A stretch of DNA of 64,000 nucleotides from IMG/VR virus record IMGVR_UViG_3300020469_003050, positions 1 to 64,000 of that record; one strand, 5' to 3'. The notes under the pieces are model-generated. The model was not told where the DNA came from, searched no databases, and saw only the letters and a program-made list of their open reading frames with translations. The number at the start of each line of letters is the position of its first letter. Positions within the stretch are counted from its first letter, which is position 1. This document shows, piece after piece, positions 17,978-29,570 of this stretch. A program made the translations under genes and the position numbers.

Positions 17978-20900
17978 ATGAGCATTAACGCACAACCATT
18001 TAGTCCTACATTTAAACTAGTTGGCAATTTGTCGGATAGCCAAATTTTAGTTTATGATGCTAGTGAAAATGCGTTTGTAAACGCAACTAATACGGGTGCA
18101 ACTGGAGGCGCTGGTTTAACTACTGTACTTAATACAGGTACTGGAGTTGGATTAGGACAGGCTACAGGCACAGCCCTAGAATTAAAAAGTATTATAGCCG
18201 GCACGAATTTAACTATTACAGACAACGGTACTGCATTAGTACTTGATGTAGCAGGAGCCTCACAATCAGGATTAACAGACGGTACAAACTTAGGTACTGG
18301 TCTAGGACTTATAAAAGGCAACAATACAGCAGGAACTACACTTGAAACAAAGAGTATTACAGTTGGAACTGGCCTTTCTATCTCAGAAGCAAATGATACT
18401 CTAACTATTGACTTAACAGCAAATGTCAATGGCATGTTAGAGATTGCAAATAATTTATCCGATGTAGCCGACACTACAACAGCAAGAACAAACTTAGACG
18501 TATATTCAAAAGCAGAAACAGATTCAAAATATATCAGATTAGATGCTCATAGTATTCCTACTGTTGATAATACTTTTGATATAGGTTCTTCATTAAAAAG
18601 ATTTAACGATATTTACGCTGAAACATTCCAAGGTACAGCCTTACTAGCAGACAATCTTACTATTGTAGGTTCTGCACAAGGCGAAGTATTAACATGGAAT
18701 GGTTCAACATGGGTTGCTTCACAACCAACAGGTGGTGGAGGCGGTGGAGGCGCAGGCGTCCCACAAACTCTTTCTTTATTAGGTCAATCACTTACAATAT
18801 CAGGTGGTAACACAATTACATTACCATCATATAATGATGATGACCCATTCGTAAGATTAGACCAATCAACTGTTCCGACAGTAACAAATACATTTGATAT
18901 TGGTTCTGCAACATTCAAATTTAACGACATTTACGCTGAAACTTTTCAAGGTACTGCGGTAGCGGCTGATACTCTTACAGTAACAGGTAACGCAGGACAA
19001 GTTTTAACATATAACGGTAGTCAATGGTTAGCGGCTGACCCACAAGGTGCAGGAGGTGGAGGAAGTTCTACACCACAAACACTTGCATTAAACGGTACAC
19101 AGATAGCAATTTCTTCTGGTAACTCAGTTGACATAGGTTCACTTATCAGTACTGATTATAATAATCTATCTAATAAGCCTACAATACCAGCAGACGTATC
19201 AGACTTAACAGATACAAGTAGTTTACTAGCAGGCACACCACAGAGTTTAACATTAGCTGGAACACAACTTACGATATCAAGTGGTAACACAGTTGATTTC
19301 GCAGGTATGTTTACAGACACAGATAATCAAACATTATCTTTTAATACAGGCACAAACATATTAACAATCGCTAATGGTAATACTGTAGATTTATCAACTC
19401 TAGCAGGCGGTGGCGGTGCATCACAATTAGCTGATTTATCAGATGTAGATGCAGGTGGCGTTGGCGGAATGATGGCTAATGTCCCGCAAAACGGTGAAGT
19501 ATTAACTTGGTCACAAATTAATAGTCAATGGGAACCACAACCTGCTAATTCGGCTGTAACAAGTTCAGATTTAGATATGGGTGGCAATAAAGTTTTATTT
19601 GCTAACGTTTATGCTACATTAGGTGATTTACCAAGTGCAACTACATACCACGGTATGTTTGCTCATGTTCACGCAACCGGCAAAGGATATTTTGCTCATG
19701 CAGGTAACTGGGTACCATTAGCTAATGAAGCCAATATACCGGCAGATGTTTCAGATTTGACAGACACAAATAGTTTACTAGGTGGAGGTTCACAAACTCT
19801 AGCATTAAGCGGAACGCAGTTAACAATTTCAGGACAAAATACAGTTGATTTTGCTGGTATGTTTACAGATACAGATAATCAAACTTTATCATTTAATACT
19901 TCAACCAATATATTAACTATAGCAAATGGTAACACTGTAGACTTATCAAATTTAGCTGGTTCATCAAATGTTCAAACTATTGATGATTTAAGTGACGTTA
20001 CAGTAACAGGCACAACAGATGGTCAGTTCTTAGTATATAATAATACATCAGGTGATTGGGAAAATCAGACAGTAAATATACCTACATCTAACCAAGCACT
20101 TTCTACTACAGATAATGTACAGTTTGCAGGTATTCAATCGACAGGAACAGTTCAGGCTCAAGCATTTGAAGGTAACATATACGATACTAACGGCAATGTT
20201 CTACTTGATAATACAAGTGGCTCAGCAGGGTTCGGTGGTAATATCTCATCAAACGGATCTTCATCATTCTCAGGTACAGTAGATTTCAATGGTGCAACAA
20301 TTCAAAATTTAGATATATCACTAGGTGATTTATCAAACGTAAGTACAGCTACACCAACTACTGGTCATGTTTTAAAATGGACAGGTACAGAATGGTCACC
20401 GGCGGCAGACTCAACTGCTACAGGTGGTGCAGGTATATCTCTAACAGATTTAAGTGCAGGCGTTGGTTTACAATACAATAATACTTTAGGTTTATTCACA
20501 TTAAATGCGGCGATGACTGACTTACTGGATGTAGACACATCAGGTATTACTAACGGTCAAGTTCTAAAATGGAATTCATCAGCAAGTCAATTTGAACCAG
20601 AAAATGAATTTTCAATATCAACAACAGATGATGTAGCAGAAGGTTCTTCAAATTATTACTATACTACAGCAAGATTTGATTCAAATTTCAATTCTAAATC
20701 TACAGATGATTTACCGGGTGGTGCAACAAATCTTTATTACACAGATGCATTAGTAGATAATAGAGTAAACGTATTACTACAAGCTGGTCCAGGTATTAAT
20801 ATTCTACCATCACCGACACCAGGTGCTCCAATTACGATTGAGAACACAAATGTAGGTACTACTTATACAGATGCAGATGCCAGAAACGCAATTTCAGTTT

Positions 20901-22435
20901 CAACAGGCGCGGCATCAGGTAGTGGTGGATTAGCTTACAATAGTTCTACAGGTGCATTTACATTTGCTCCAGCAGATTTATCAAGCTACAGCACATTCAG
21001 TGGTGATTACGATGACTTGACTAATAAACCAAGTATTGTAACATTGAATGCATTAAGTGTTTCAAATGGTACAGCAAATGGCGGTGGGTCATTAGCTTAT
21101 AATAGTGCATCAGGACAATTCACATTTACTCCACCGGATCTTTCAACGTATAGTACATTCGATGGCGACTATAATAACTTAACTAATACACCTTCGTTAT
21201 TCGATGGAGCATATTCATCTTTAACAGGTGCACCTACTATACCAAGTGCATTAAGTGATTTAACTATGCCTTCAGGTACTACTGGTCAAGTTCTTACAAC
21301 TGACGGTTCTGGTAACTTTAGTTTCTCTACTGTATCAGGTGGCGGATCATCATATGGTGACTCAGATGTTGAAACATACATGGGTCAATTTGATTTTCAT
21401 ATCTTACCAGATACAAATGCTACATATGATATTGGTAGTGCAAGTAACAAAATTAGACACTTATTCTTAAGTGATAACTCATTATACATTGGTGACAACA
21501 CTCTTAATACAACAGGTTCAAACTTGATGTTTAACAGCCAAGATGTAATGGACTACACAAATATTAAGAATAAACCAACTATTCCTACAGATGTTGATGA
21601 CTTAACAGATGCAGGTAACTTACTAGGTGGTACATCTTATACAGCAGGTACAGGTTTACAATTAAACACTAACACATTCTCTTTGAATGCAAATATTGGT
21701 GATTTACAAAATGTTTCTGCAACAGCACCAAGTTCAGGTCAAGTTCTATCTTGGACAGGATCAGAGTGGGCACCGGCGGCGGCAGGTGGAACACCAAACT
21801 TATCAAGTTCTTCTGTTGGAGACTTAAACGATGTTAACATTTCAGGTATCTCAGCAGGTCAATACTTAGAATGGGATGGTACTAAATTTGTAGCGGCTTC
21901 GGCAAGTGCGGCAGATTTAACAAGTGAATCAATTACAGAATTATCAGATGTTTCTACAGATACACCAAACAATGGTGATGTATTAACATGGAACAGCGGA
22001 AGCTCATCATATGCACCAGCGGCGCCGTCAGGCGGTGGCGGAGGTGGAGGTGGAACTTCTACTGAACGATTTAAGTTAAACTATGCAACTAATGGTAGCT
22101 TGAGTTCAATCTCAAATGCTTCAACTGGTGTGAGTGCAACAATTTTATCAACTACAGGCGGTGACGTAGAGATTACTTTCTCAGGTCATAGTTATCCGCC
22201 AGCTAATATATTAATATATGGATATGCAAGAGCATCTAACCAATATGTTATCATGCCACTGAACAAAGATATTTCAACTCGTACAGTAGCAGGTGGTGGG
22301 GTAGCTGGTTCTCCGACAGCGTTCGGTTCACTAGGCTCATCAGTAGTAACATTAAAACTTAGAGAAGCAGACACAGGCGCTTCTCGTTCATTTGGTACTG
22401 ATACTCATGCATGGATCATGTTTACAATGATGTAA
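17978..22435 (+). CDS. long tail-fibre-like structural protein
   Basis: G/T/S-rich; repeated L.DL.DV...GQVL.W.G..W units; internal duplications; poly-Gly hinges. Confidence 0.8.
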   Translation: MSINAQPFSPTFKLVGNLSDSQILVYDASENAFVNATNTGATGGAGLTTVLNTGTGVGLGQATGTALELKSIIAGTNLTITDNGTALVLDVAGASQSGLTDGTNLGTGLGLIKGNNTAGTTLETKSITVGTGLSISEANDTLTIDLTANVNGMLEIANNLSDVADTTTARTNLDVYSKAETDSKYIRLDAHSIPTVDNTFDIGSSLKRFNDIYAETFQGTALLADNLTIVGSAQGEVLTWNGSTWVASQPTGGGGGGGAGVPQTLSLLGQSLTISGGNTITLPSYNDDDPFVRLDQSTVPTVTNTFDIGSATFKFNDIYAETFQGTAVAADTLTVTGNAGQVLTYNGSQWLAADPQGAGGGGSSTPQTLALNGTQIAISSGNSVDIGSLISTDYNNLSNKPTIPADVSDLTDTSSLLAGTPQSLTLAGTQLTISSGNTVDFAGMFTDTDNQTLSFNTGTNILTIANGNTVDLSTLAGGGGASQLADLSDVDAGGVGGMMANVPQNGEVLTWSQINSQWEPQPANSAVTSSDLDMGGNKVLFANVYATLGDLPSATTYHGMFAHVHATGKGYFAHAGNWVPLANEANIPADVSDLTDTNSLLGGGSQTLALSGTQLTISGQNTVDFAGMFTDTDNQTLSFNTSTNILTIANGNTVDLSNLAGSSNVQTIDDLSDVTVTGTTDGQFLVYNNTSGDWENQTVNIPTSNQALSTTDNVQFAGIQSTGTVQAQAFEGNIYDTNGNVLLDNTSGSAGFGGNISSNGSSSFSGTVDFNGATIQNLDISLGDLSNVSTATPTTGHVLKWTGTEWSPAADSTATGGAGISLTDLSAGVGLQYNNTLGLFTLNAAMTDLLDVDTSGITNGQVLKWNSSASQFEPENEFSISTTDDVAEGSSNYYYTTARFDSNFNSKSTDDLPGGATNLYYTDALVDNRVNVLLQAGPGINILPSPTPGAPITIENTNVGTTYTDADARNAISVSTGAASGSGGLAYNSSTGAFTFAPADLSSYSTFSGDYDDLTNKPSIVTLNALSVSNGTANGGGSLAYNSASGQFTFTPPDLSTYSTFDGDYNNLTNTPSLFDGAYSSLTGAPTIPSALSDLTMPSGTTGQVLTTDGSGNFSFSTVSGGGSSYGDSDVETYMGQFDFHILPDTNATYDIGSASNKIRHLFLSDNSLYIGDNTLNTTGSNLMFNSQDVMDYTNIKNKPTIPTDVDDLTDAGNLLGGTSYTAGTGLQLNTNTFSLNANIGDLQNVSATAPSSGQVLSWTGSEWAPAAAGGTPNLSSSSVGDLNDVNISGISAGQYLEWDGTKFVAASASAADLTSESITELSDVSTDTPNNGDVLTWNSGSSSYAPAAPSGGGGGGGGTSTERFKLNYATNGSLSSISNASTGVSATILSTTGGDVEITFSGHSYPPANILIYGYARASNQYVIMPLNKDISTRTVAGGGVAGSPTAFGSLGSSVVTLKLREADTGASRSFGTDTHAWIMFTMM

Positions 22436-22452
22436 GAATAGGAATACTTTGA

Positions 22453-24498
22453 ATGGCGATTAATTATAAGACTAGTGCAATCGACCTAAACGTCCCGGCT
22501 AAAGTTCTTCCCTGCAACGTCTTAACAGCAACTCCCTTAGCAAATTGGGAGTACGATGATGGTAAAGGCGACCCATGGTGGGGCGGTGGCGGAAACGCTA
22601 AAGCCTATAGATGGGAAATTAATATGACTGTAACAACAATACAGCATGGTTCTCATTTAACTAGAACAGCAAGACAGTTTAACGGTTATGATATCGTAGT
22701 AGGTGATTTTATCGCAGGTGCGACTGATGGTCGTGCATTACAAATTGTAAGTATTTCTGAAAAAACAGCATTCACAGTAAAATGTCAAGTAGAAGATAGA
22801 CTCAGATACAATACATTCAGAAGTGCATCAGGTACAGGTATATTTAACGTACCAGGTGGTGCAGTAGTATTTCAAATTAATGAAGAAGGTGATCCTATGT
22901 TGGATCCACTACCAACTGGTATCGTTTCAAGTGACTTCTATGCAAACGTAAATTCACGTTTCAAATATTTAAATCCTCAAATGAATTATGTTCTTGAACA
23001 AACAGCTAATGGCTTTGAAGAAGGTGATGTTATTTGTATGGATGCAACAACAGGTGCATTTGAATTAGCGGCACCAGATAATATTGAAAGATTAGTAGGT
23101 ACAGTAACACACCCAGGTCCGGGACCAAATAGATTTTTATTAAGACCAGCTAATGGTGTTATTGATTTCGTTCCAGGTTTACCAGGAAACAAAGGTGACT
23201 TTGTTTATCCTGCAATCGACGGTTCAGGAGATTTAACTTTAACAGATACGGGTGTTGCTATTTTCTTAAAATTAGTAGATGAAGTTCCTAGTACTACACG
23301 TGGAACAGTTATTAATGGTCAAGCAACAGCAGGCGACACCATGAATATTAACGGTGAAGATATTGTTTTTATAACAAGTAGTTTAGGTGTTGTAAGTGTA
23401 CAAAACGCAGTCACAGATATTAATGCAAAAACAGCCGACCATAAAGTAACAGCATCGGCAAGTCCAGCACCAAATGAAATAACATCAGATATTGCAACTT
23501 ATGGTTCAGCATACGGTCTTATTGGTGGGTTTGCACCGTTCTCAGCTTCAATCAATGGTTCAGTAGTAAACTTTAGTACGACAGCGGCAGGACAAGCCGC
23601 ATATGGTATGGCAGTTGCTATTGCAGACGATATGGCCGCAGATATTAATGCGGCAGGTATTACTGATATTACAGCATCAGTAAATGCAGGTAACTTAGTT
23701 ATAAGTCAAGCACAAGGTAGTGCTATAACTATCGTTAATACATCACCAGATGCAAACAATAATAACTTTGCTGGTATGAATTCATGTGCATCGTTAGGAC
23801 TAACTTATGCAGGTAGTTCTAATGTTTTTGTTCTTCAATTAGAAAGAACAGATGGTGGTGAAATTATTCTACAAGATGCAGTTGGTTCAGCAACTAATGA
23901 TTTTGGTATCTTAAGTGGACATACAGGTTCATATGCTGTTGGTCTTAATGTTGAGCAAGGTGTTCGTAAAGCAGGAACTACAGTTGTTTCTAATATAGCG
24001 GCCCGTGATGCTATTCCAGTTAAATTAGCAGGTGATAGTGTTTATATTCTTGATACTGGACAAGGTGAATGGGCTATGCATGTATGGGATGGTACACAAT
24101 GGAATATCGTTGCTACACAAGATAGTGCTTCTACAGATGCAAACTCTTTATCACACACATATACAATGCCAAGTGCATCATTTGGTACTACAGAAGTTGT
24201 AACTCTAGGTCGTATATCAGATAACTCTAGGGTTGTAAGTGTTCTTGTAGAAGTTGTTACACCGTTATCAGGTTATGCGGGTGGTCCTAATAATTTAGTA
24301 CCGTCATTAGAAATAGGTACTGTAGCAGATCCTAGTAGATTTATGACAGAAGACCAAAATGATGTTGAAGGTCAAGGATCATATACAACAACTCCAGACT
24401 TTCATTATGAAGGTACAACTGAACTAGAGATTAAATGTTCACTAGAACATCTAAATGCAAATGCTGGTGAAGTTAAAGTCACAGTAACATACGTATAA
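22453..24498 (+). CDS. putative virion structural protein
   Basis: 681 aa, beta-rich, in the structural operon. Confidence 0.7.
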   Translation: MAINYKTSAIDLNVPAKVLPCNVLTATPLANWEYDDGKGDPWWGGGGNAKAYRWEINMTVTTIQHGSHLTRTARQFNGYDIVVGDFIAGATDGRALQIVSISEKTAFTVKCQVEDRLRYNTFRSASGTGIFNVPGGAVVFQINEEGDPMLDPLPTGIVSSDFYANVNSRFKYLNPQMNYVLEQTANGFEEGDVICMDATTGAFELAAPDNIERLVGTVTHPGPGPNRFLLRPANGVIDFVPGLPGNKGDFVYPAIDGSGDLTLTDTGVAIFLKLVDEVPSTTRGTVINGQATAGDTMNINGEDIVFITSSLGVVSVQNAVTDINAKTADHKVTASASPAPNEITSDIATYGSAYGLIGGFAPFSASINGSVVNFSTTAAGQAAYGMAVAIADDMAADINAAGITDITASVNAGNLVISQAQGSAITIVNTSPDANNNNFAGMNSCASLGLTYAGSSNVFVLQLERTDGGEIILQDAVGSATNDFGILSGHTGSYAVGLNVEQGVRKAGTTVVSNIAARDAIPVKLAGDSVYILDTGQGEWAMHVWDGTQWNIVATQDSASTDANSLSHTYTMPSASFGTTEVVTLGRISDNSRVVSVLVEVVTPLSGYAGGPNNLVPSLEIGTVADPSRFMTEDQNDVEGQGSYTTTPDFHYEGTTELEIKCSLEHLNANAGEVKVTVTYV

Positions 24499-24527
24499 AC
24501 TACGTATAAAACATAATTAATCTAACA

Positions 24528-24535
24528 GCTAAATA
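24528..24535 (+). promoter_or_regulatory. late promoter variant GCTAAATA
   Basis: TAAATA core ~180 nt upstream of ORF 24714. Confidence 0.5.
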
Positions 24536-24713
24536 CAATCAGTAAGAGTTTTACCGGGCTTCATGCCTGATGTTCTTAATCTCTTATCATTACTGATGTT
24601 TCTTCCGGTAATTACATTTCAAATAAAATTGAGAAAATATAGATGGGCGTATTGTATATTCAATATTATATGTCTTAACCTTAATAGCTATTAAATTCTA
24701 AGGAGAAACTAAA

Positions 24714-27700
24714 ATGGCTGACATTAAAAACTTTGGTATCCGTGGTATTGGTGCTGATGTTCAGTTCGGTAAGTCGGGCGGTCGTGTTGTTTATGATTCA
24801 GGTAATTCCCTGTTCAAAGTAACAACTGACGGTACTACACTTGGCAACATGAACGTAGCAACTCCTACAGCGGACAACCATGCGGCAAACAAAAGCTATG
24901 TTGATTCAGTAGCACAAGGTCTTGATGTAAAAGACTCAGTGCGTGTTGCTTCAACTGGTACTGTCAATATCGGCACTCCAGCATCGTCAATGGACGGTGT
25001 TAACTTGAATGCTGGTGACAGAATCCTTCTAAAGGATCAAACAACTCAAACCGAAAACGGTATCTACGAATATGATTCAGGTGGTCTTACAAGAGCATCC
25101 GACATGGACGCGGCTGGCGAATTCGTCGGTGCATTCTTCTTTGTTGAAGAAGGTACTGTAAACTCAGACCAAGGTTACGTAATGACTACTGATGGACCAA
25201 TTACAGTTGGATCATCAAACATTGTGTTTACTAAATTTACTGGTACAGGTCAAATCACTGCTGGTGACGCCTTATCAAAATCAGGTAATACTCTAAACGT
25301 AAACGTTGATGGTACTTACATTATGGTTGATGGTTCAGACGAACTAACAATCAAAGGTACAACAACAACTGGTCAAGCACTATTATCAGATGGTTCAGGC
25401 GGCGTGGCTTATGGCGCAGTTAACCTAACATCATCAGATGCAGTGTCAGGTGCTCTAGGCTTAGCCAACGGTGGCTTAGGTGTAGATGCATCACAAACAT
25501 CAGGTAAAGGTACTGCAAGAACAAACTTGGGTCTTGGAACAATTTCAACTCAAGATGCTAACGCAGTAGCAATCACTGGTGGTACTGTAGACCTATCAGG
25601 TGGAACTTTAACTCTAGCAAACGACCAATTATCAGGTGATGTTATCTCTGGTGGTACAATCGACGGTGCTAACCTACAAGGTGGTGCTGGTGTATCTATC
25701 TCTCAGTATGACATAACTGTTGGTGCTGGTAAAACACTAGACGTTGACGGTACACTAGACGTAGACGGTGCGGCTGGTTCTGCAATAGACAACGTAATCA
25801 TCGGTGCAACTACATCGGCGGCAGGTACATTCTCAACAATGACAACTGATGCGGCTGATATTAACGGTGGTAACATTGATGCAACAGTTATTGGTGCTAC
25901 AACGGCGGCTAATGCCACTTTTGCAGATGCTAACGTAACTGGTAAATTATATGTTGACGAAATCGAAGCATACACTACTAATGGCGACATTACTTTCAAC
26001 TCACTAATCGTTACAACTCAAGGTATTAACGTTGCTGGTGCAGGCATCTCAGGTGCAGGTTCTACAACAACTGATACTCTAGTAGTTGATACAATCAGTG
26101 AAAAAACTGTAGGTAACGGCGTAGTAATTGATGGTGTAACGCTAAAAGATGCCGGTGTTGCGGCAACGGGTGTTTCTACATTCGCTGACTTAACAGCAAC
26201 AACAGCCGATATCAATGCTGGTACAGTAGACAACACTGTAATAGGTGCTTCTACATCAGCGGCTGGTACGTTCTCAACTATGACTACAGCAGGTGCGGCA
26301 ATTTCAGGCGGCACAATCGCAGGTACGGCAATCGATATGACTGGTCAAACTTTGACTTTTGATAACGATGCTATTTCAGGCGACAAAATCGATGGCGGAA
26401 CAATTTCTGACTTCGCTTCAACAGGTATCGATGATAACGCAACTTCAACACAGATAACAGTTACAGATACTGCCGTAACAATGGCAGGGGACGCAATCGT
26501 TACAGGTGACTTGACAGTTAACGGTACATTGACATCTATCAACACAACTAATACTGAAATCACTGACAACTCAATCGTTTTAAACAACGGTGAAACAGCG
26601 GCAGGCGTAACAGCCGGTACAGCTGGTCTTGAGATTGACAGAGGTACAGCCGACAATGCGACATTCCAGTGGAATGAAACAGATGATAGATTTGAACTAA
26701 AAGTAGGCACTGCATTAGGTGACTTATTAATTGGTTCACAGGTCATGGACGCTATCTCAGTTGATACAATCAACGAGAAGACAAATGGCGCTGGCATCAC
26801 TTTCGCAGACGCAGTATCAGGATCAGATGCAACATTCTCTGGTTCAGTTTCAGTAGACACTATTAGTGAAAACTCCGTAGGTAACGGTGTTGCAATCGAT
26901 GGTGCATCTATTAAAGACGGTGTTCTAACTGGTGGCGTAACTCTAGGCGCGGCAGACACAGCAGATTTATCAGCTGGTACGCTAGTTCTAGCAAACGACC
27001 AAATCTCAGGTGACAAAATTGAAGGTGGTACAATTAATGCTATCACAATCAACACAATGACATCTGGTACAGTAGATATCGACGGCGGTGCAATCGACGG
27101 AACAACAATCGGTGGTGGTACATCAGCGGCTGGTACGTTCTCAACATTAACTTCTGACTCAGTTGACTTAAATGGTGGTGCTATTGACGGCGCAACAATT
27201 GGTGCAAACGCATCAGCGGCGGCAACTTTCACAACTATGGCAACAGACAGTGCAGATATCAACGGTGGCGCTATTGATGGTACAATTATCGGTGGTACAA
27301 CTCCAGCGGCAGTAACAGCTTCAACGCTAAATTCTGCTAACGCACAAATCACAGGTGGTGCAATTTCAGGTGCAAACTTGACTTCATCAGTTGTTGATTT
27401 CGATGGTGGTGCTATTGATGGGACAATTATCGGTGCGGCTACTTCGGCGGCTGGTACTTTCTCTACGCTAACATCAAATAACGTAACACTAACAGGTGGT
27501 ACAGCTTCATTGGCTACAGTAACAGCAACAGCCCTAAACTCAGGCAATGCTACAATTACTGGTGGTTCAATCGCAGGTACAGATGTTGACATGAGCGGTC
27601 AAACTCTAACATTAGATGCTGACTCAATCAATGGTGACAAAGTACATGGCGGTTCAATCTCAGCGGCTAACTTAGCTGGTACAACAGGTAATACTATCGG

Positions 27701-29495
27701 TGGTTTTGACATCACAGTTGGCGCAGGCAAAACATTAGACGTATCTTCAGGTACTCTAACTCTTGCGGCAGACCAAATCTCTGGTGACTCAATCGACGGT
27801 GGAACTATCTCTGACTTTGCTTCAACAGGTATTGATGATAATGCTACAGCAACTAAAATCACATTAGATGATACAGATGCTACATTCGGTGTTAACATTG
27901 ATGCAGGTACAAACACTCTTGATGCTGGTGCTTCAACTCTAGCTTCATTGACAGTTTCAGGCAATGCAGTTGTAAACGGTGACTTAACAGTTTCAGGTTC
28001 AGTAACTACTACTCTATCAGAAACAGTAAACATCGAAGACAACACTATTGTTCTAAACTCAAATGAAACTGGTGCTCCATCACAAGACGGTGGTATCGAA
28101 GTAAATCGTGGTACTTCTGACAACGCAACTGTTCTTTGGAACGAAACAACAGATGCTTTCGAAATGAAAGTAGGAACTGCGGCGGCTGATTTAACAGTCA
28201 ACGACTTAACAGTTTCAGAAATCACACTAACTAACGAACTTCCATTAGATATGGGTGGTACGCATACTGATACATCAGGTTTTGCGGCAGACTCATTAAT
28301 GGTTATGAGTGGTTCAGCAGGTGTATCTGAAATGGCTAAAGGCTCTAACTCAACAGTACTTAAAGTAAATGGTTCTGGTGCGTTAGGTTATGCTCAAGTT
28401 GATTTAACAGCAGACGTAACAGGAACTATGCCAATCGCTAACGGTGGTACAGGCTTAACTTCTGCAAGTTCAGACAACATGGTTATGACTTCTGACGGTT
28501 CTGCTTTTGCAATGGAATATGTGCAACAAGTAAGAAACTCATCAGGTGTTAAAGTTGTTGATGCGGCTAACGCCTCATCTGGAACTGCTGAATTCCTAGA
28601 CTTAACTAACGCGGCAGGCAAGTTAACACTTACAGCCAAAAACGCATCAGGTTCAGGCTCAGTAGATATGTATCTACAAGGTCAGAACGGTGGTGACGTT
28701 TACATCGTAGGTCAATCAGGTGAAGCCCTAATTCAGGGTGAGGCTGATGCTGACTTAACTGTATCAGGTGGTGATTCATCAGCTGGTGCGGCAGGTGACT
28801 TGGTACTTAAAGGTGGTAACGGTTCTGCTTCTGGTGATTCAGGCGCAGTTGTTATCAAAGGCGGTAACGGCGGCTCTGCTGACGGTAACGTTCAAATTAC
28901 AAGTGCAGATGACGAGGCTATCGCTACATTTACTGCTACAGCAAGTGCAGTTGATAACTTTGAATTCCACAATGGTACTGGCGGTGTAGAACTTCATTCA
29001 GAAGGTACTACAGCGGACATTAACATTACACTAGCACCAAAAGGTGACGGTCTTGTATTAGCTCCAAGTTCATACGACATGTCAGGTGGCGGAAACAAAG
29101 CATTCGCAACCAAAGACTATGTTGATGGTGCGGCGGCTGGTTCCGTTGACTTTGGTGTACGTAGAGTGGCATTCGCGGCGAACGGTTCTTCATCGTTTGC
29201 TATCGGTACTGTAGCTAACGTTTCAGGCAAAGCATACTACGTTTCTAGAATCACTGCTAAAGTGACTACAGCATTCGTAGGCGCAGATGAGTTAACTGTC
29301 TCAGACGGTACAAACTCACTAGTAGGTGTTAATGATGTGGATCTATCAGAAGGTGGTATCTACGTTATAGACCTAGGGTATGAAACAGCAACGGCAGGTG
29401 GTGCAACACTGACAGCTTCTATCGGTAACGGTGGATCTGCGGCGTCTCCATCAACTGGTAATGTTGTGGTAACAGCGGAGTACAAACAAATCTAA
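24714..29495 (+). CDS. large repetitive fibre/structural protein
   Basis: Many (I/L)xGGxIDGTxIG repeats, duplicated blocks, strong AAGGAG RBS. Confidence 0.8.
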   Translation: MADIKNFGIRGIGADVQFGKSGGRVVYDSGNSLFKVTTDGTTLGNMNVATPTADNHAANKSYVDSVAQGLDVKDSVRVASTGTVNIGTPASSMDGVNLNAGDRILLKDQTTQTENGIYEYDSGGLTRASDMDAAGEFVGAFFFVEEGTVNSDQGYVMTTDGPITVGSSNIVFTKFTGTGQITAGDALSKSGNTLNVNVDGTYIMVDGSDELTIKGTTTTGQALLSDGSGGVAYGAVNLTSSDAVSGALGLANGGLGVDASQTSGKGTARTNLGLGTISTQDANAVAITGGTVDLSGGTLTLANDQLSGDVISGGTIDGANLQGGAGVSISQYDITVGAGKTLDVDGTLDVDGAAGSAIDNVIIGATTSAAGTFSTMTTDAADINGGNIDATVIGATTAANATFADANVTGKLYVDEIEAYTTNGDITFNSLIVTTQGINVAGAGISGAGSTTTDTLVVDTISEKTVGNGVVIDGVTLKDAGVAATGVSTFADLTATTADINAGTVDNTVIGASTSAAGTFSTMTTAGAAISGGTIAGTAIDMTGQTLTFDNDAISGDKIDGGTISDFASTGIDDNATSTQITVTDTAVTMAGDAIVTGDLTVNGTLTSINTTNTEITDNSIVLNNGETAAGVTAGTAGLEIDRGTADNATFQWNETDDRFELKVGTALGDLLIGSQVMDAISVDTINEKTNGAGITFADAVSGSDATFSGSVSVDTISENSVGNGVAIDGASIKDGVLTGGVTLGAADTADLSAGTLVLANDQISGDKIEGGTINAITINTMTSGTVDIDGGAIDGTTIGGGTSAAGTFSTLTSDSVDLNGGAIDGATIGANASAAATFTTMATDSADINGGAIDGTIIGGTTPAAVTASTLNSANAQITGGAISGANLTSSVVDFDGGAIDGTIIGAATSAAGTFSTLTSNNVTLTGGTASLATVTATALNSGNATITGGSIAGTDVDMSGQTLTLDADSINGDKVHGGSISAANLAGTTGNTIGGFDITVGAGKTLDVSSGTLTLAADQISGDSIDGGTISDFASTGIDDNATATKITLDDTDATFGVNIDAGTNTLDAGASTLASLTVSGNAVVNGDLTVSGSVTTTLSETVNIEDNTIVLNSNETGAPSQDGGIEVNRGTSDNATVLWNETTDAFEMKVGTAAADLTVNDLTVSEITLTNELPLDMGGTHTDTSGFAADSLMVMSGSAGVSEMAKGSNSTVLKVNGSGALGYAQVDLTADVTGTMPIANGGTGLTSASSDNMVMTSDGSAFAMEYVQQVRNSSGVKVVDAANASSGTAEFLDLTNAAGKLTLTAKNASGSGSVDMYLQGQNGGDVYIVGQSGEALIQGEADADLTVSGGDSSAGAAGDLVLKGGNGSASGDSGAVVIKGGNGGSADGNVQITSADDEAIATFTATASAVDNFEFHNGTGGVELHSEGTTADINITLAPKGDGLVLAPSSYDMSGGGNKAFATKDYVDGAAAGSVDFGVRRVAFAANGSSSFAIGTVANVSGKAYYVSRITAKVTTAFVGADELTVSDGTNSLVGVNDVDLSEGGIYVIDLGYETATAGGATLTASIGNGGSAASPSTGNVVVTAEYKQI

Positions 29496-29520
29496 TTTGT
29501 TTAATACTTAATACACTTAT

Positions 29521-29552
29521 AGAGGGAGCCGAGAAATCGGCTCTCTTTTTTT
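29521..29552 (+). terminator. intrinsic terminator
   Basis: AGAGGGAGCCGA-GAAA-TCGGCTCTCT followed by T run. Confidence 0.9.
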
Positions 29553-29570
29553 ACCTCTACAGCATATTTT

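Noticed and set aside
24560-24600. Hammerhead ribozyme (CTGATG occurs twice)
   Set aside because: Core CUGAUGA and a properly placed GAAA are absent
25703-28639. Several long minus-strand ORFs (up to 415 aa)
   Set aside because: Antisense shadows of the repetitive, codon-biased structural gene; no RBS or recognisable motifs
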